Notes under the pieces: model-generated | Told to the model about the DNA's origin: nothing | Database searches by the model: none | The model's input: the letters and a program-made list of their open reading frames with translations, nothing else | Part shown: positions 60,805 through 64,000 of the stretch, piece after piece | Layout of the letters: every line of letters begins with the position of its first letter | Position numbering within the stretch: position 1 is the stretch's first letter | Assembly: GCA_963787835.1 (NCBI GenBank) | Contig: CAWBEI010000006.1 | Location: forward strand, 1-64,000 | Length of the DNA stretch: 64,000 nt | Reading direction: 5' to 3' | From: Ignavibacteriota bacterium | GTDB lineage: Bacteria; Bacteroidota; Ignavibacteria; Palsa-1295 | Position numbers and translations under genes: made by a program

Positions 60805-62562
60805 ATGATCACGCGACGGAACTTTATCAAGAGCGCAGCCGGTGCAGGCATAGCAGCTCTTGCTGTGCCAGAGATTCTCTCGGCCATAGGAAAACCGGCT
60901 CGCTCTGCATTGAACGAATCATCATTGCTTTGCGGGCTTCCTTCACAAACGTTCGGCTCCCGCGAGCCAGAGTCAACGCTGCAATCGGATTCTCAACCAC
61001 TCCGCATCCCATCAGTTATTTCGGGCGGCGATTTGGTGATGGCGGCAGGGACTTATCAAGTCTTTATGGATCAGGTAACGAATTTACTGATGGTCAATAA
61101 CTCGTTTCCTGCGCCAACGATAAAGTTGAAATTCGGCGATACGTTTGCTGCAACCATCCATAATAATTTAGATGTACCCAGTGTGCTTCATTGGCATGGT
61201 GTAACTGCACCGGCTGCGATGGGTGGGCACCCAGCAAATGTTGTGAGCGCCGGATCGTCATACAGCGTGAATTTCCCGATCGTCCAGCGTTCGAGCATCA
61301 ATTTCTATCACGCACATCCCCACATGGCTACCGGTGGGGAGGTGTATATGGGACTTGCGGGATTTTTCCTCATCGAGGATGACGATGAACTCGCGCTTGG
61401 GCTGCCCTCCGGCGATTACGACGTTCCACTCATGATCCAGGATAAGCGCGTCGATGCGAATCGCCAGCTTATTTATACGCTTACCGAAGCAGATATGGAA
61501 AGCGGATGGCTCGGTGATACCATCATGGTAAATGGGACGCCAAACCCGTATCTTCTGGTTGCACCAACGCTATATCGTTTTCGTGTCGTCAATGGCTCGA
61601 ATGCTCGTTTTTACAAACTTGCGCTCTCGGATGGCAGTGCCTTCACGGTGATAGGGAACGATGGAGGGTTCCTGCCGGCACCGGTGACGCTCACTTCCGT
61701 TAATCTCGCGCCGGCAGAGCGGCTGGATATCCTCGTTGATTTTTCGCCCTATTCACTTGGGCAGACCGTAACGCTGCAATCTCTGGCTTTTACGATGAGC
61801 GACCCTCCCGGTTCCGGAACCGTTCCTCAAGGCGCTCAACTGGATCTGTTGCAATTCCAGATCAACGAGGCCGGCAGTTCCAGTGGCCAGATACCTTCCT
61901 CGCTGCCTGCTATCGTACCCTATGATGCTGCGGATGCGAAGACCACGCGTGTCTGGACCTTCTCTGCCATGCGTTACATCAATAGTTTAGCTTATGACGT
62001 GGCGCGCATCGATGCCAATATCCCATTCGGCCAACTCGAAAAGTGGACGTTCAATAGTGTCGGGAATACGCATCCGGTTCATATTCATGGCTCACAATTC
62101 CAGGTGATCGATCGTAATGGCAGCCCCCCGGACGCCTGGGAACAAGGATGGAAAGATGTGATCCGGCTCGATCCCCAGGGCACGGTAGATGTCTTGGTTC
62201 AATTCAACTCCTATTCGGGTCTCTTTCTGATGCACTGTCACAAATTGGAACATGCGGATGAAGGGATGATGTCGAACTTCCAGGTTGTGCCACTGAACTC
62301 CGTGTTTGAAGCTCAAACGGGTAATTCAGCACTTCAGATCATGCCGAATCCTGCTTCAGATCATGTTGCATTAACCTTTCCAGCCCTCACGAACAACCAA
62401 ACCCTGATCATCATCGACGAAAAGGGAGCGATTATTTATAAGCAGAAACTTTCTGCTGGGGTGGATCGATACGTGGTTCGCACTGCTTCATTCGAGAACG
62501 GAAGATACGTCGTTTCGATCGGCTCGCTGAAGTCGCAGCTTATCGTTTTGAAAGGTCAATGA
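60805..62562 (+). CDS. Multicopper oxidase (CueO/bilirubin-oxidase-like) with Tat signal and T9SS C-terminal domain
   Basis: TRRNFIK, HWHG, YHAH, HPVHIHG, HCHKLEHADEGMM, then IMPNPASD...GRYVV..QLIVLK. Confidence 0.93.
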   Translation: MITRRNFIKSAAGAGIAALAVPEILSAIGKPARSALNESSLLCGLPSQTFGSREPESTLQSDSQPLRIPSVISGGDLVMAAGTYQVFMDQVTNLLMVNNSFPAPTIKLKFGDTFAATIHNNLDVPSVLHWHGVTAPAAMGGHPANVVSAGSSYSVNFPIVQRSSINFYHAHPHMATGGEVYMGLAGFFLIEDDDELALGLPSGDYDVPLMIQDKRVDANRQLIYTLTEADMESGWLGDTIMVNGTPNPYLLVAPTLYRFRVVNGSNARFYKLALSDGSAFTVIGNDGGFLPAPVTLTSVNLAPAERLDILVDFSPYSLGQTVTLQSLAFTMSDPPGSGTVPQGAQLDLLQFQINEAGSSSGQIPSSLPAIVPYDAADAKTTRVWTFSAMRYINSLAYDVARIDANIPFGQLEKWTFNSVGNTHPVHIHGSQFQVIDRNGSPPDAWEQGWKDVIRLDPQGTVDVLVQFNSYSGLFLMHCHKLEHADEGMMSNFQVVPLNSVFEAQTGNSALQIMPNPASDHVALTFPALTNNQTLIIIDEKGAIIYKQKLSAGVDRYVVRTASFENGRYVVSIGSLKSQLIVLKGQ

Positions 62563-62648
62563 GTTCTGCGCATAATCGGGTTTATGTGACGTACTCACGT
62601 ATTTGATCGGAATTCTTCATCTTTTTCATAAGTACAATTCCCAAATTC

Positions 62649-64000
62649 ATGAGCCGCAATATTGAATCCGTCCTCCGCAATCGTATCTCCGGTCAAGTTC
62701 GCTTTGATGATGGCTCGCGGGCGATCTATGCAACCGATGCCTCGAACTACCGGCAGATTCCGATCGGTGTTGTCATTCCGCGCACCATTGATGATGTAAT
62801 TGCTACCGTTGCAACGGCACGAGAGTTCGACGCTCCCATTCTTTCACGGGGCGCTGGAACGAGCATCGCAGGGCAGTGCTGCAATACTGCCATCGTAATG
62901 GATTTCTCGAAATATCTGAATAAGATCATCGAGATCGATCCAGAGAAAAGACTCGCGCGAGTCCAGCCGGGAGTGGTTCTCGATGATCTTCGAAATGCAG
63001 CAGAGAAATATGGACTAACCTTCGGCCCCGATCCTGCAACACACAAGTATTGCACCCTCGGCGGAATGGTCGGCAATAATTCCTGCGGCGTGCATTCGAT
63101 CATGTCGGGACGAACGGTGGATAATATCGAATCGCTTGATGTGCTGTTGTATGATGGGACTAGGCTTCGAGTCGGAGCGGGTAGCGTGGACCGTATGGAC
63201 GGTAGTGGGCACAGTGGAATGCTTGAAAAACTTCAGACCATAGCAAACAGCTATGGTGATGAAATCCGACGGACTTTCCCGGATATTCCTCGCCGTGTTT
63301 CGGGCTATAGTATTGACCAACTACTTCCAGAGAATGGATTTCATGTTGCTCGGTCATTGGTCGGTTCAGAGGGTACTTTAGTTACCACTCTCGAAGCCAC
63401 TGTGCAGCTCATTCCATCACCGAAACAGCGTGTATTACTTGTTGCTGGCTTTGATGACTTAGCCGTTGCCGGCGACCATGTTCCATTAGTTCTTGAACAC
63501 AAACCGATCGGCCTTGAGGGCTTCGATGAGCGATTCCTGTTTGCAGTAAAAACAAAGGGATTGCGCGGTAAGCAATTCCCGGATTTTCCTGAAGGGAAGG
63601 GATGGCTCATAATTGAATTCGGAGCAGACCACCCGGATCATGCTCGTGCGCTTGCAGAAGAGTGTTCACGATCGATACAGCATGTTATGCTTGGATCCCA
63701 CATCTATGAAGGCGAAGACCAGCGCGCAATATGGGCTGTCCGCGATTCGGCGCTCGGTGGAATTTCGCGCGTTCCAGGTCAACCGGATAATTGGGAGGGG
63801 TGGGAGGATTCTGCCGTATCGCCCTTAAAGATCGGCCCTTATATTCGTGATCTACAAAAGCTTCTTACCGCTCATGGATACAGCGCCTCCATGTATGGAC
63901 ACATCGGCGATGGCTGCCTGCACAACCGTATCAACTGGGACCCCAAAAGCAAAGAGGGGATTGCACAATGGATGAAATTCGTCGAGGATGCTGCTGATCT
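62649..64000 (+). CDS. FAD-linked oxidase (YdiJ/GlcD-like), 3' end outside the window
   Basis: Manual translation: YATDASNYRQIPIGVV, RGAGTSIAGQ, PDPATH..CTLGGMVGNNSCG, RRVSGY, GSEGTL, GHIGDGCLH. Start and end motifs are in the same frame. Confidence 0.93.
   Translation, partial: MSRNIESVLRNRISGQVRFDDGSRAIYATDASNYRQIPIGVVIPRTIDDVIATVATAREFDAPILSRGAGTSIAGQCCNTAIVMDFSKYLNKIIEIDPEKRLARVQPGVVLDDLRNAAEKYGLTFGPDPATHKYCTLGGMVGNNSCGVHSIMSGRTVDNIESLDVLLYDGTRLRVGAGSVDRMDGSGHSGMLEKLQTIANSYGDEIRRTFPDIPRRVSGYSIDQLLPENGFHVARSLVGSEGTLVTTLEATVQLIPSPKQRVLLVAGFDDLAVAGDHVPLVLEHKPIGLEGFDERFLFAVKTKGLRGKQFPDFPEGKGWLIIEFGADHPDHARALAEECSRSIQHVMLGSHIYEGEDQRAIWAVRDSALGGISRVPGQPDNWEGWEDSAVSPLKIGPYIRDLQKLLTAHGYSASMYGHIGDGCLHNRINWDPKSKEGIAQWMKFVEDAAD

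Overview
Mostly core chromosome of an FCB-group bacterium. T9SS C-terminal domains, CGTAnnTTTG promoters, an Hc1 histone-like gene and a mitochondrial-type aconitase, together with some strong AAGGAG RBSs, point to a Kapabacteria/Ignavibacteria-like lineage (inference). Housekeeping genes include mreBC, purNH, rimP, dapD, mlaD, uvrA-lpxB-DUF374-lpxK, a 2-oxoacid dehydrogenase E1, rmuC, a phosphohexomutase, eno, aconitase, aspA, ddl-leuS, an M16 protease and lexA, plus five T9SS cargo genes. No rRNA, tRNA, CRISPR array, integrase or transposase was seen. Three genes (mlaD, eno, aconitase) carry single-base frameshifts that are most likely sequencing errors. Most notable: (1) an Avd-like four-helix-bundle gene inserted between mreB and mreC, bracketed by two inverted arrays of five 7-nt repeats that start at the mreB stop codon and end 4 nt before the mreC start; (2) an AT-rich islet beside aconitase with a 93-bp duplication of the aconitase promoter and start around an orphan DUF2283 gene, followed by a tandem pair of HEPN-like paralogues; (3) rmuC bracketed start-to-stop by 28-bp direct GTAG palindromic repeats; (4) a candidate new LexA box, GTGC-N8-GCAC; (5) purN apparently starting at ATC; (6) a multicopper oxidase with both a Tat signal and a T9SS tail.
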